Shown here in pieces: positions 27,997 through 36,887 of a DNA stretch of 47,363 nt. A model generated the notes under the pieces. The model did not search any database. It was not told the DNA's origin and worked only from the letters and a program-made list of their open reading frames with translations. The translations under genes and the position numbers were made by a program. The stretch covers positions 1 to 47,363 of the IMG/VR virus record IMGVR_UViG_3300035109_000020, one strand, 5' to 3'. This DNA is from a virus. Lineage: Duplodnaviria; Caudoviricetes. How positions within the stretch are numbered: position 1 is the first letter of the stretch; every line of letters starts with the position of its first letter.

Positions 27997-29021
27997 GCCG
28001 CGCCTTGCGCCGGCCCGTCGCGCGCGCCTTCAGCGGCCTCTCGCCGAGGCGGCCATTCCGTCGGCCGCATGCATGCCATTCCGTAGGCCTTCGACGGGAT
28101 GAACTTCAGCCGTGGCGCGCCGTAGACCGCGGTTTCGTATTGGGCCCATGCCGCCGCTTGTGGCGATCCTTGGCGGACCATGAAAGGCTGCCCGGCCAGA
28201 GACGCCGCGCTTTCGACGCTGCGCGCCTTTGCCGCCAGCCACCCCTCGCCCTTGAGCCATTTCACCGCATGCGCAATGCCGTGGTTGCGCGCGGTCGTCT
28301 TGCGCTCCCGACAGCCCGCGATGTAGCCGGGCGCTGCGTCGATGGCGGCGCCCTGCTCGACGACGGAGAGCCGCAGGAACACGCCGCGCGCTTCAGCGAC
28401 GAGCTCCGTCACGTCCCATGGCCAGAGCTTACGGAACGCCTCCCAACGCTCGAGGCGAGCCTCATCGTCATCGGAGAGCTTGCGCGCAGCGCTTCCCCCT
28501 CCCTCCCCCCGCTGGGGGGTAGGGGGGTAGGTTCCTTGATGGTTATTTGATGGTTCTATGCCGCACAGTTGCGGCATGGTTTCGTTTCCCCTGCGGCATG
28601 GCTCCGTTTCCCCTGCGGCTTGGTCCAACCCGCAGCCTGCGGGTTGGACCGTCTCGCTTTCCGCGTCTTCCGCAAGCCCATCCTGCGCGCCGTCGCGCGC
28701 CGTCGCCGGCGACCAGCCATGCGCGATCGCGTGGGCCTTCGCGCGTTCATCGACAAGTAAAACATAGTAATTCGTGAGCCGCCGCCCATCATTATTCTTG
28801 CGCTTTACGACGTAAAGCAGGCCGAGCTCGACCAGGTCGCGCACGCGCCGCTGAATCGTGTCTTCCGACAGATTGGTGACGGCGGCGAGATAGGCGTGCG
28901 AGGGGTAGCAGGTCTGCGCTTCATCGGCGAATTGCGCCATGGCCAGCAGCACATGCCGCGCGCCTGCCGAGACGTTCGGATCGCGGATCGCGCAAGCCCA
29001 GTTGAGCGCCGCGAAGCTCAT
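27993..29021 (-). CDS. Replication initiator with N-terminal winged HTH
   Basis: VLLAMAQFAD...CYPS...LA....LS..TI.R....L..LGL; internal iterons. Confidence 0.82.
   Translation of the reverse strand: MSFAALNWACAIRDPNVSAGARHVLLAMAQFADEAQTCYPSHAYLAAVTNLSEDTIQRRVRDLVELGLLYVVKRKNNDGRRLTNYYVLLVDERAKAHAIAHGWSPATARDGAQDGLAEDAESETVQPAGCGLDQAAGETEPCRRGNETMPQLCGIEPSNNHQGTYPPTPQRGEGGGSAARKLSDDDEARLERWEAFRKLWPWDVTELVAEARGVFLRLSVVEQGAAIDAAPGYIAGCRERKTTARNHGIAHAVKWLKGEGWLAAKARSVESAASLAGQPFMVRQGSPQAAAWAQYETAVYGAPRLKFIPSKAYGMACMRPTEWPPRREAAEGARDGPAQGAA
28531..28650. repeat. Putative replication origin: iterons and inverted repeats inside the initiator gene
   Basis: 22-bp tandem units TGCGGCATGG(TTT/CTC)CGTTTCCCC at 28570 and 28592, partial at 28614; 14-bp inverted repeat 28622-28650; adjacent AT-richer tract. 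Confidence 0.7.
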
Positions 29022-29371
29022 GCGCCACCCGCATCGATGAGCTCCAGGCGGAAGCCGATGCCGTGCTCGTTCGTGATCCTGAAGCCGAGAGCAGGGCCTG
29101 ACATGCGCAAAGTCGCGATCATTTTCCCGACGCTCCCACGCGCGTCATCCGGGCCGCCGTTCGGGTCGTCATGAAACAACGCATCGACGATCTCCGCATG
29201 GCTCACGCCCCGCCCATAGTTCGCGGCGAGTAGAACGAGCAATCTTCGTTCACCACTGGATAGCCTGGCGCGACACCGCCTCCGATGAACCCAAGGTGAG
29301 GCGGTATGGATATGCAAATCGTCATCCGCGCTCACAGCCTTCGGGCCGAACTTGTGCAGCATCACGCGCAT
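29018..29371 (-). CDS. OmpR-type winged-helix DNA-binding protein
   Basis: LSSGERRLL.LL...VSHAEIVDALF...LR....ITNEHGIGFRL. Confidence 0.75.
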   Translation of the reverse strand: MRVMLHKFGPKAVSADDDLHIHTASPWVHRRRCRARLSSGERRLLVLLAANYGRGVSHAEIVDALFHDDPNGGPDDARGSVGKMIATLRMSGPALGFRITNEHGIGFRLELIDAGGA

Positions 29372-29685
29372 CAGGCCGCCTCCCGCCGCCAGTCGGCTTC
29401 TTTTTTGGCCAGACGCGCCCGCGCGCGGCATTCATCGGCCTGCGCCTCGCGGCCGAGCGCCGCCGCGCCGCGCGCGGCCGCCTCGAACAGGCACACGCGG
29501 CTGCGCCACCCAAGGCAGGACATGACATCCGAGGAGTCGAAGCCGCGCCACAGCGCGTCGGCGATCACCTCGTCGCGCAATCGCGCGAGGAGCGGCGGAT
29601 TGGTCCGCTTGCCCGCGAGCCACACGGGATCGATGCGCTCGCGCAGCGCGGTATCTTCGACGATGCGGAAAAAGCCTTCGATCAT
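29371..29685 (-). CDS. Hypothetical (DnaA C-terminal-like HTH) protein
   Basis: Coupled ORF; ARLR...GFDSSDV...LG pattern loosely like DnaA domain IV. Confidence 0.45.
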   Translation of the reverse strand: MIEGFFRIVEDTALRERIDPVWLAGKRTNPPLLARLRDEVIADALWRGFDSSDVMSCLGWRSRVCLFEAAARGAAALGREAQADECRARARLAKKEADWRREAA

Positions 29686-30122
29686 GCGTCGCCAACCCCG
29701 CGCAGCCAGCCTTCGAATTCGGCGTCGAGCCGACGCCACAGCGCCGCCGCGCCAGAGTCCTTGTCGAATTCGGCGCGGCTTTCGACGCCACAGACGCGCC
29801 GAACGGCGGCGGCCGCCGCGTCGGCGTCGCCGGCGGTCATGAACTTCTGGAAACGTGCATCGGCGCAACGCAGCGCCGATTGCTGGGCAAGCGGCAGATC
29901 AGCGAAACGGGCTTTTTCGCTCGCGCCGCGCGCCATCTTGCGCAACGGCGCCGCATTATCTCGCACCCATGCGAGCGTGCGCGCCGCCGCATCGAGCGCG
30001 CTGGCATGCGCCGGCAGGACGCTTTCGCCGCGATAACCCGCGCCGGCATGCGCGATTTGCGCGGCGAGAGAGACGGCGGCGATCTGAGCGTCGATGAGGA
30101 TCTTAGGCGCGCCGGCTTTCAT
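29682..30122 (-). CDS. Hypothetical protein
   Basis: ATGA-coupled at both ends; VRRVCGVESRAEFD. Confidence 0.6.
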   Translation of the reverse strand: MKAGAPKILIDAQIAAVSLAAQIAHAGAGYRGESVLPAHASALDAAARTLAWVRDNAAPLRKMARGASEKARFADLPLAQQSALRCADARFQKFMTAGDADAAAAAVRRVCGVESRAEFDKDSGAAALWRRLDAEFEGWLRGVGDA

Positions 30123-31927
30123 TCGCGCATCCCCCTCAACATGGAGAGAATCTCCGCCTTATGCCGCTCCGCTGCTGCGCTCGCCTCGCGCGCAGCTTCT
30201 TCCGTTTCACCCTCTTCGTTCATGAGCCCCAGGAACTGCCGCTCCTTCACGCTCAATATTTCCATCATTCCAGGATCGGTGCCGAGCTCGGTCGTAAGAT
30301 AATAAACCAGCACGCCGTTCTTCTGACCCATCCGATGGGCGCGGTCTTCGGCTTGCGCATGGACCGCCGGCGACCAGTCGAGCTCGGCGAATACGACGAC
30401 GCGCGCGCGCGATTGCAAGCCGTCGATGCCGGTCGCAGCGCGCAGCGCGATCAGGCACAAATTCGAGTCGCCGCGCATGAACGCATTTCGCGCCGTGTCT
30501 TTCTGCGCCGGCGACTCGCGACCGGTGATCGACACAGGGTTGAAATCGTCAAGCGCTTCGAGAATGGCGTCATGCACGTCATGATGGTGCGCAAAGACAA
30601 GCGTCGGCTGTTCGGCTTCCATCAGCCCACGCACAAAAGCGACAACGCCAGGCGCTTTCGATATGCCCGTCGCCTTCCGCGCTTTCGCAATCGCCTCGGC
30701 TTCCTTCATGCCCTTGGCGAAAGGATCATTTTGCATATCCGCATCGCGCGCGAGCTCTGCCGCTTCCTGAATCAACTCGGCGAAAAGCTTGTTGTCTGCG
30801 TCGATCGGCTCGATGACGCGCTGCTTTTCCGGCAGCTCGGACAAGACCTCATCTTTCCGCCGCCGAAGCATCAGCCCAATTTCAGTGAGATAAGCGCCGA
30901 GCGCTTCCGGGCTCTTGACCAGCGACGGGTCATGTTCGCTGCACCATGTCTCCTGAAATGAAACCTTTGTTCCGAGACAGCCGCGATTGAGCGCGTTCAG
31001 GACATTGTAGATTTCGCCGCCCTTGTTGTAGATCGGCGTTCCAGACAGACCGACGGCGCATTTTGCTGTTTTTGCGATCAGTCGGCACGATTCATATTTA
31101 CGCGTCCCTGTCGCGCGCAGCTCCTGCACTTCGTCGAAAACAACCGCCTTCACGCCGCGCGCAAGCAGTAGATTCACCCAGGCGTGGACGACAAGATAAT
31201 GCACGATATAGACGTCGGCTTCCGGCGTATCGTCCTGCGCCTTCGCCCCACGCAAGACCGTCCAGCGAAGATTTTCGCTCGAGGCCAGCAACCCGCCGCG
31301 CGCCGGCTCGCATTTCAGAAATTCGCCAATCTTCCCAGCCCAGTGCGACTGCACATGCGACTGGCAGACGATGACGACAGGCCATTTGTCGAGCGTGTCG
31401 AGATAGGCGAAGGCCTGGACGGTCTTGCCAAGTCCCATATCGTCCGCGAGCACCGCGCGACTTCCCGCCAGCAGAAACCGCACACCCTCCTGCTGAAAAG
31501 TCCTCAACACGCCCTTGAAGCGCCCGCCGCCCTGCGCGGCTTGGCCTTCCGGCCGGCTGCGAATGAACCAGGCCTTCAGCACATCCGCATATTGCTCTTC
31601 CCAGATCTCGCGCGCGCTTTTATCGATCGCGATCGGAAACCGCTGCATCACCATCAGTAGGTCTTCAAACATCGACGGCATGGCAGGCCACGAGATTTCA
31701 TCACGCCGCGCCGAGGCGCGCGCGCCGGCGAAAAGCTTTTCGGCCATCAGAACGACGGCGATCGAACCCTTGAGCCGCCAGCGCGGCGGAATCTCTTCGC
31801 TTTCGCCCGGCCTCTCGGGCTCCCAGCTCAACCGCGCCGCCCCGTTCTCCACCGGGTCGGCCCGACACAGATGAAGCGGAATATCGCTCGCCGCCGGGGG
31901 CTGATTTACGACCAACGGAAAATTCAT
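30119..31927 (-). CDS. SNF2-family helicase/ATPase
   Basis: LADDMGLGKT, FDEVQ, LSGTP, RRRKDEVL.ELP, QAEDRAHRMGQ. Confidence 0.93.
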   Translation of the reverse strand: MNFPLVVNQPPAASDIPLHLCRADPVENGAARLSWEPERPGESEEIPPRWRLKGSIAVVLMAEKLFAGARASARRDEISWPAMPSMFEDLLMVMQRFPIAIDKSAREIWEEQYADVLKAWFIRSRPEGQAAQGGGRFKGVLRTFQQEGVRFLLAGSRAVLADDMGLGKTVQAFAYLDTLDKWPVVIVCQSHVQSHWAGKIGEFLKCEPARGGLLASSENLRWTVLRGAKAQDDTPEADVYIVHYLVVHAWVNLLLARGVKAVVFDEVQELRATGTRKYESCRLIAKTAKCAVGLSGTPIYNKGGEIYNVLNALNRGCLGTKVSFQETWCSEHDPSLVKSPEALGAYLTEIGLMLRRRKDEVLSELPEKQRVIEPIDADNKLFAELIQEAAELARDADMQNDPFAKGMKEAEAIAKARKATGISKAPGVVAFVRGLMEAEQPTLVFAHHHDVHDAILEALDDFNPVSITGRESPAQKDTARNAFMRGDSNLCLIALRAATGIDGLQSRARVVVFAELDWSPAVHAQAEDRAHRMGQKNGVLVYYLTTELGTDPGMMEILSVKERQFLGLMNEEGETEEAAREASAAAERHKAEILSMLRGMRE

Positions 31928-31949
31928 TCTGCGCTCCGCTCTCGAGCCA

Positions 31950-32498
31950 TCATTCCACGCCCGCCAGATCGAATAGCTCGAGCGCCAGCCTCCAGAATGT
32001 CGCGCGCGCGACATCCGGCCTCACGCCGATGATATTGACGCCGAGCGGCTCGCGTACCGCCACCCACCGCATCGACGGCGGCGCCATCAGCGCGCGCGCT
32101 TCATCTATCAGGATGCGCCGATCGGCGTCGCGAACAGCCTCCGGCTCCTCGGCCGGCAGGCCGAAATGCGCGCAGACGGCGGCCATGACGCGCGTTTCGT
32201 GCACGCGATACGCCGGCAGTGACGGCTTGATCGGGCGCGGAACGTCGACGAGATAGGCCTCGGAGGCGTCATGCAACAGCGCCCATCGCGCAAGGTCACG
32301 TTGACTGCGCTCAAGGAAATATTCGCACAATACCGAACTATGCTCTGCGACGCTGTAAAAGTGGCGCGAATGGCCGCCGAACCGGCAGAGATGCGAGAGC
32401 GCATGCGCGATGTCGCGCATGCACACGTCTTCCGGGCGCGGATCGCATGGATAGAAGGCGCGGCCCGTAAAGGTCTGAATCCAGTCGCCGCGGCTCAT
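31950..32498 (-). CDS. HD-domain phosphohydrolase (YfbR-like 5'-deoxynucleotidase)
   Basis: DIAHALS..CRFGGH...YSVAEHS...LLHDASEAYL.D. Confidence 0.9.
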   Translation of the reverse strand: MSRGDWIQTFTGRAFYPCDPRPEDVCMRDIAHALSHLCRFGGHSRHFYSVAEHSSVLCEYFLERSQRDLARWALLHDASEAYLVDVPRPIKPSLPAYRVHETRVMAAVCAHFGLPAEEPEAVRDADRRILIDEARALMAPPSMRWVAVREPLGVNIIGVRPDVARATFWRLALELFDLAGVE

Positions 32499-32941
32499 TG
32501 GACCGGAACCTTCGCAAACACACCGGTCGCCGCGTCAAAACGCCATTGCTCGCTAACCCATGAAAAATATTCGATCGAATGATCTCCGGGGCCGAGATCA
32601 TCGCTGCAGTTTTCGATAAGCTCTTCAATGCTACCGCTGAGCGTATCGGTATCGCATGGCACGTAGACAGATTCAGCTCCCGCCGGCATGTCTTTGTCGA
32701 GGGCGTAGCTTTTGTCGTCCTTAATCGTCAGCACCGCGTCGCCGAAACTTTCGAGGCGCTCGAAACCATAAATTCGACCATCGAAAAGCGGATCTGGGCC
32801 CGTCTCTTTGTCGGTATAAAAATCGTCTGGCGTATCCAGATAAAACAGCTCGCCGATCTTTAGAATCCAATTATTCGGATGCTCGCGCGGCGGCGGCGTG
32901 ATTTCATCGACATAGCAAAGCGGGACAAAACCTTCACTCAT
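32495..32941 (-). CDS. Acidic hypothetical protein
   Basis: ATGA-coupled 148-aa ORF with lower GC. Confidence 0.65.
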   Translation of the reverse strand: MSEGFVPLCYVDEITPPPREHPNNWILKIGELFYLDTPDDFYTDKETGPDPLFDGRIYGFERLESFGDAVLTIKDDKSYALDKDMPAGAESVYVPCDTDTLSGSIEELIENCSDDLGPGDHSIEYFSWVSEQWRFDAATGVFAKVPVQ

Positions 32942-34032
32942 GGCTGCTCTCCTTCTTCCGCCTCATTCCCCCAAGCATCCCAGCCCGGCCGCGGCGGGCC
33001 GCGTCGGTTGAGTTCGATTTTTGGAAGATTGGGGAAATAGCTTTCGATGATTTCGGCGAAGCGCTCCGGCTTGGCGGAATGATCGGTCTTGGCGACGCAT
33101 TGCAGCGCGCGGAACTGATCGCCCATCGCCGGGCACGGGACATTCCCGCGCGTCGCGATGATCAGCTCTTCCGCATCATCGATCACCCAATAGCCATTGC
33201 CGGGGATTTCCTTTCCCCATACGAAGCGCGACTTGCCTTCGAAGCCCCATGCCTCCAGCACGCGCAGGAACGCGCCATTCGCCAGCATCGGCCCTGTCAC
33301 CCACAAAAAGAGCACGCAATCATCCGCCGCAATCGAGCCGACGTCGCGCGCGCAAATCTCTTCCAAGCTCGACGTCGGATAGTGATTATCCGCCGCGCGA
33401 TCGAGGCCCGTTTCGCGCGAGAATGTCTCGAAACGCCATTCCGGGTCCGCATAGATCACGCCGTATTTTTTGCTGGGCAGCGCGCGAATATTTTCAGCAA
33501 GCTCTTGCTCGCGCTCTTGGCGGCGTTTCTTCTTCTCCGCCTGGCGCTCGGCGCGTGAGCCGTCGAGGGCGCGCCGCGCCTCCTTCTGGCGCTCGGCGAC
33601 GCGCTCTTCGAAATCGGGCTTCGACAAGCCCGCGAGCTGCTGCCATTTCTGCGATTGCGTCTTCGTCACGCCGAGCGACTCAAGCGTGATCAAAGTCTTT
33701 TCGCGCGACTTTGATTTTCGATCGCCGCCGCGCGTCTCTCGCTCGCCATCGTCCGCCATCCGCCGCAGCAATTCCCCCGCGCGTCGCTGTGCGGCGAGCG
33801 AGACGGCGACCGCGCGATCGAGCAGTTCTGGGTTGCGCGCGCTCTTGGCGAAGAGCTCGACGGATTCTCCCTTCGCCAGCATTTCTTTCGATTCGGCGAG
33901 CGTCGCGGTCGAGAGCGCCGCGATCGCCGCGTCGTAAAAGGCGACGCCGCTCTCGGCATAGCTCTCCGACGCCGCATCCTCGGGCGGCGGCAGGGCGGCG
34001 ACGGCATGGCTGCGCCGGCGCGGCTTGCTCAC
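32938..34032 (-). CDS. MT-A70 family adenine methyltransferase
   Basis: YGVIYADPEW, HYPT, LFLWVT, WGF, HSAKP, IELN.R..RPGWDAWGNE; GTGA-coupled start. Confidence 0.85.
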   Translation of the reverse strand: MSKPRRRSHAVAALPPPEDAASESYAESGVAFYDAAIAALSTATLAESKEMLAKGESVELFAKSARNPELLDRAVAVSLAAQRRAGELLRRMADDGERETRGGDRKSKSREKTLITLESLGVTKTQSQKWQQLAGLSKPDFEERVAERQKEARRALDGSRAERQAEKKKRRQEREQELAENIRALPSKKYGVIYADPEWRFETFSRETGLDRAADNHYPTSSLEEICARDVGSIAADDCVLFLWVTGPMLANGAFLRVLEAWGFEGKSRFVWGKEIPGNGYWVIDDAEELIIATRGNVPCPAMGDQFRALQCVAKTDHSAKPERFAEIIESYFPNLPKIELNRRGPPRPGWDAWGNEAEEGEQP

Positions 34033-34331
34033 GCGGCGCGCTCCCGCTCGACGACGACGCCGCGCTTCGCGGCCGCGGCGAGATAATGATTGACCGCCGT
34101 CTGATTGATCTCCAGCGCATCCGCGCATTGCACGGATGTCAGCCCGAGCCGTCGCAGCGACACGGCCTTCGCCTGCGCGCCGGTCAATGCGTCGAATTCA
34201 TCATCGCTCAATTGCTCCGCGACGACCGTGGCGATGGTCGCGCGATCGAGCGCGCCAAGATCAATCCGGCGCAGAACGCCATCGACTGACATCACCTTGC
34301 GCGCCATGTCGCTCAATGCGGCGGCGCTCAC
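34029..34331 (-). CDS. LuxR/sigma-region-4-like HTH protein (paralogue 1)
   Basis: LTGAQ..AV.L...GL....ADAL.I....V. Confidence 0.6.
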   Translation of the reverse strand: MSAAALSDMARKVMSVDGVLRRIDLGALDRATIATVVAEQLSDDEFDALTGAQAKAVSLRRLGLTSVQCADALEINQTAVNHYLAAAAKRGVVVERERAA

Positions 34332-34915
34332 GCGGCGCGCTCCCGCTCGACGGTCACGCCCCGCTCTTTCGCTTTCGAGAGCCGAGCCCAGATCGATTGT
34401 TCGCTTGGCGCACCCAACGCAACGGCGGTCTGCAATGCCGAAAGGCCGATCCGCTTCAGCGCGACGGCTTCCGCCTGCGCCGGCGAAAGCTTCTCGAATT
34501 CGTCATCCGCCAATTGCTCGGCGACGACGCGATCGATGGCCTCGACGGTGAGCGGGCCATCCTTCGCCTGCGCGAGAATCTCGGCGAGGGTGAGTGGCGG
34601 CGCCGATTCATCCTGCGCTTCAGCCTGATCATCGAGGGCCGGCGCGGCGCTCTGGCTTGGCGGCTGCGGCTCATCGGCCGCCTGCGTCAATCCTCCTTCA
34701 ATGGATTCGGCAATCTCGGCGGCCGCGGCTTCCGCGCCGACAATTGCGGACGCGATCGCATAGGCCTCCGCCGGCCACATAAAATCGGCCGCATACTGAA
34801 TCCGCTCGATGAGCCGATCCACATCGTCGCGGCAATCGAGACGTGCGTCGACGTCGATGGTTTCGTCGCAAATGCAGACGCGCGATTTGGTTTCTTTCGC
34901 TTCGATAGTGCTCAT
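34328..34915 (-). CDS. HTH protein (paralogue 2) with acidic N-terminal region
   Basis: C-terminal ~65 aa align with the 34029-34331 product; both end in VERERAA. Confidence 0.6.
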   Translation of the reverse strand: MSTIEAKETKSRVCICDETIDVDARLDCRDDVDRLIERIQYAADFMWPAEAYAIASAIVGAEAAAAEIAESIEGGLTQAADEPQPPSQSAAPALDDQAEAQDESAPPLTLAEILAQAKDGPLTVEAIDRVVAEQLADDEFEKLSPAQAEAVALKRIGLSALQTAVALGAPSEQSIWARLSKAKERGVTVERERAA

Positions 34916-35118
34916 TGCGGTTTATGCTCCCGGCAGTAATAGACGACACGCTCCCCGCGATGCGGCAGGCCCTCGCCGAAGGGCGCGAAGCCGCCGCACA
35001 CGGCGCAGCGATGCGCGACGGGCGCGCCCCTCGGACGCTCGCTCTGGGCAGGCCCATCCGCTCGCTTGGCGTCCGGCGCGCGCGGGGCAGGGGTGTCGGA
35101 AAAGAGATCGCGTCGCAT
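34912..35118 (-). CDS. Small zinc-finger-like protein
   Basis: HRCAVCG...FG...YCREH; GAGG SD. Confidence 0.55.
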   Translation of the reverse strand: MRRDLFSDTPAPRAPDAKRADGPAQSERPRGAPVAHRCAVCGGFAPFGEGLPHRGERVVYYCREHKPQ

Positions 35119-35335
35119 GCGGGCCCTCGGTGAAACGATCCTGGCCGTGGCGTTCGTCAGCCGCCACGGCCAGGAAACTCGAACGCCACGCTCGCAACAG
35201 AACGAAACAACGCGGCGTCTGTCTTGCCGGGCGCACGCCGCAGACCCGTCCCATCGGCGCGAGACGCCGACGCAAGCTCGAAACTCATTTTCCCGCTCGC
35301 TCTGGGCGACGCCCAACCACTCACGGAAACTCCCC

Positions 35336-35366
35336 AAAAAGGGGCGGCCGTAGGAGACGGCCGCCC
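35336..35366 (-). terminator. Rho-independent terminator
   Basis: GGGCGGCCGT-CTCCT-ACGGCCGCCC-CTTTTT. Confidence 0.8.
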
Positions 35367-35400
35367 AAGTCAGGGAGGAAACGCCCAAGGAGGGCACGGA
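35336..35400 (-). ncRNA. MmgR/suhB (alpha-r8 family)-like small RNA with intrinsic terminator
   Basis: GUGCCCUCCUUGGGCG-UUUCCUCCCU-GACUU, then a 10-bp GC hairpin and CUUUUU; matches the alpha-r8 architecture and conserved decamer as recalled. Confidence 0.78.
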
Positions 35401-35465
35401 AGCGACAGCCTTGCTTCCGTCTCCGGCCGGATGTCACGCCGGCAGAAGCTCTTGTCAGACGACCG

Positions 35466-35669
35466 TCAGGCCGCCGCGAGCGCGTCTTCCGCCCACCAGC
35501 ACTCGACCTGCCGGCCGTCGCTCGCGCGGTAGCGCACGAGATAGGTATTGTTGCCGCTCGTGTATTCGGTCCGCCCGATCACGCCGCCAGATTCGTCGGA
35601 CTCGACCAATTTCACGATCTGCTTGAGCTCGAACTTGAAACCGGAAATTTTATCCATTGACGTCTCCAT
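35466..35669 (-). CDS. Small SH3-like hypothetical protein
   Basis: FKFELKQIV...G.VIGRTEY....YLVRY...DGR..E.WW.E. Confidence 0.7.
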   Translation of the reverse strand: METSMDKISGFKFELKQIVKLVESDESGGVIGRTEYTSGNNTYLVRYRASDGRQVECWWAEDALAAA

Positions 35670-35684
35670 TTGCCCGCGCGCACA

Positions 35685-35999
35685 TCACACTCTCACGCCG
35701 GACGCCCTGCGCGCGCGATCCATTCCACGCGTGAGAAAATCGAAGTCGCGAAGCAATCGCGTCATGCCGCGCGCCGCTTCGCAATGACCTTCGCGCATAA
35801 GATCGTCGCGAAAGGCCGCGAGATGCGTGCGCAGCGCCGCGGCGTCGCACGCGCTCTCGTCCGCCCGGACCGCTCGGCTTCCTCCGAACGGAACCGTTGC
35901 GAAGTCCGCCGCGTTGAAGACTCTTACGGCTTGCGTAAGAGGGGACGCGGCCGGAGTCGTCTTCCGCCGCCGGGCGTTGTCAGACTTGCGCGCGGTCAC
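35685..35999 (-). CDS. Hypothetical protein
   Basis: GTGA-coupled, with GGAGG SD. Confidence 0.55.
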   Translation of the reverse strand: MTARKSDNARRRKTTPAASPLTQAVRVFNAADFATVPFGGSRAVRADESACDAAALRTHLAAFRDDLMREGHCEAARGMTRLLRDFDFLTRGMDRARRASGVRV

Positions 36000-36397
36000 G
36001 GTCTATCCTCCTGGCCAGCCACAGCATCAGCCGCGCGAACAAATAGGCGAGCAAGGAGGCTCTGCGGGTTTGCCGCGCCGCGCTCGTCGAGGAATTCCCG
36101 GCGCTGATGCTCGCGCCATTGCTCGTAGCCGAGCACGATGGCGGCGTAGATATGGGCGTCGATCGACTTGCCCGGCCGGTAGCGCAGTTTCCAGAGTTCG
36201 CCATAGGGGACGCTCGTATGTCCGGCGATGCGCAGCATCGCATTTTCGATGTCGCCGGGCCCGCGGCTTTCCCACCGGACCATCTCCTTCACGCGCTCGC
36301 GCGCATCGTCGACGAAAATTTCGGCGTTCATCGCTTTGCCCTTTTGCAAACGCTTTTTGCACACTTGCAAAAACTCCCATGTCAGAATGCCCGGCAT
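35996..36397 (-). CDS. Putative transcription regulator (cII-like position)
   Basis: ESRGPGD.ENAM.RIA.....Y..LW.LRYR HTH-like; start uncertain. Confidence 0.55.
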   Translation of the reverse strand: MPGILTWEFLQVCKKRLQKGKAMNAEIFVDDARERVKEMVRWESRGPGDIENAMLRIAGHTSVPYGELWKLRYRPGKSIDAHIYAAIVLGYEQWREHQRREFLDERGAANPQSLLARLFVRAADAVAGQEDRP

Positions 36398-36500
36398 GGA
36401 GGAGGTTTTGCTTACTCGTTCCCAATCAACTCGCGTCGGATGCGGGCTGCCACCCGCTCTGACGCCTTACGTAAAACGCACGCGGGGGAACGCCCCCCGC

Positions 36501-36710
36501 TCAACCCCACTTCGCGGTCTCAGCGAGACGCGCGGAGAGATCCTCAAACTCGGAAATCGCCTCAGCGATGAAATCTTCTTCCGCGTCGAGCCCCGCCTCG
36601 TCGCAGAGGAAGCGCAGCGCGCCCAGATCGTGGGAAATGCGCGCGCAGAGATCGGCCGCGACGGCGCGACGGCCTTCGCCAGTCGAGACCTGTTGCGCCG
36701 CGCCATTCAT
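36501..36710 (-). CDS. Hypothetical protein (MNGAAQQV...)
   Basis: Starts at the ATGA junction of repeat copy A. Confidence 0.5.
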   Translation of the reverse strand: MNGAAQQVSTGEGRRAVAADLCARISHDLGALRFLCDEAGLDAEEDFIAEAISEFEDLSARLAETAKWG

Positions 36711-36887
36711 TTCGCGGCCTCGGGATAGTGAGGGTTGGCGCGATCGGCGGGCGGGGCAGGTCTCGCGTCCCCGGCCGCCGCAACGGCGAAGAGCGCCGCA
36801 TGTATCCTGGGCGTGCGCCGGGGCCGCGATTCGCCTGCAGCCCCGGCGCATTTCCTCGCCGACCCGATACAGCCAGTGGAGAACAGC

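Noticed and set aside
31950-32498. HD protein as DatZ of a 2-aminoadenine (Z) genome pathway
   Set aside because: No PurZ, MazZ or phage DNA polymerase in the window; common YfbR-like phage gene
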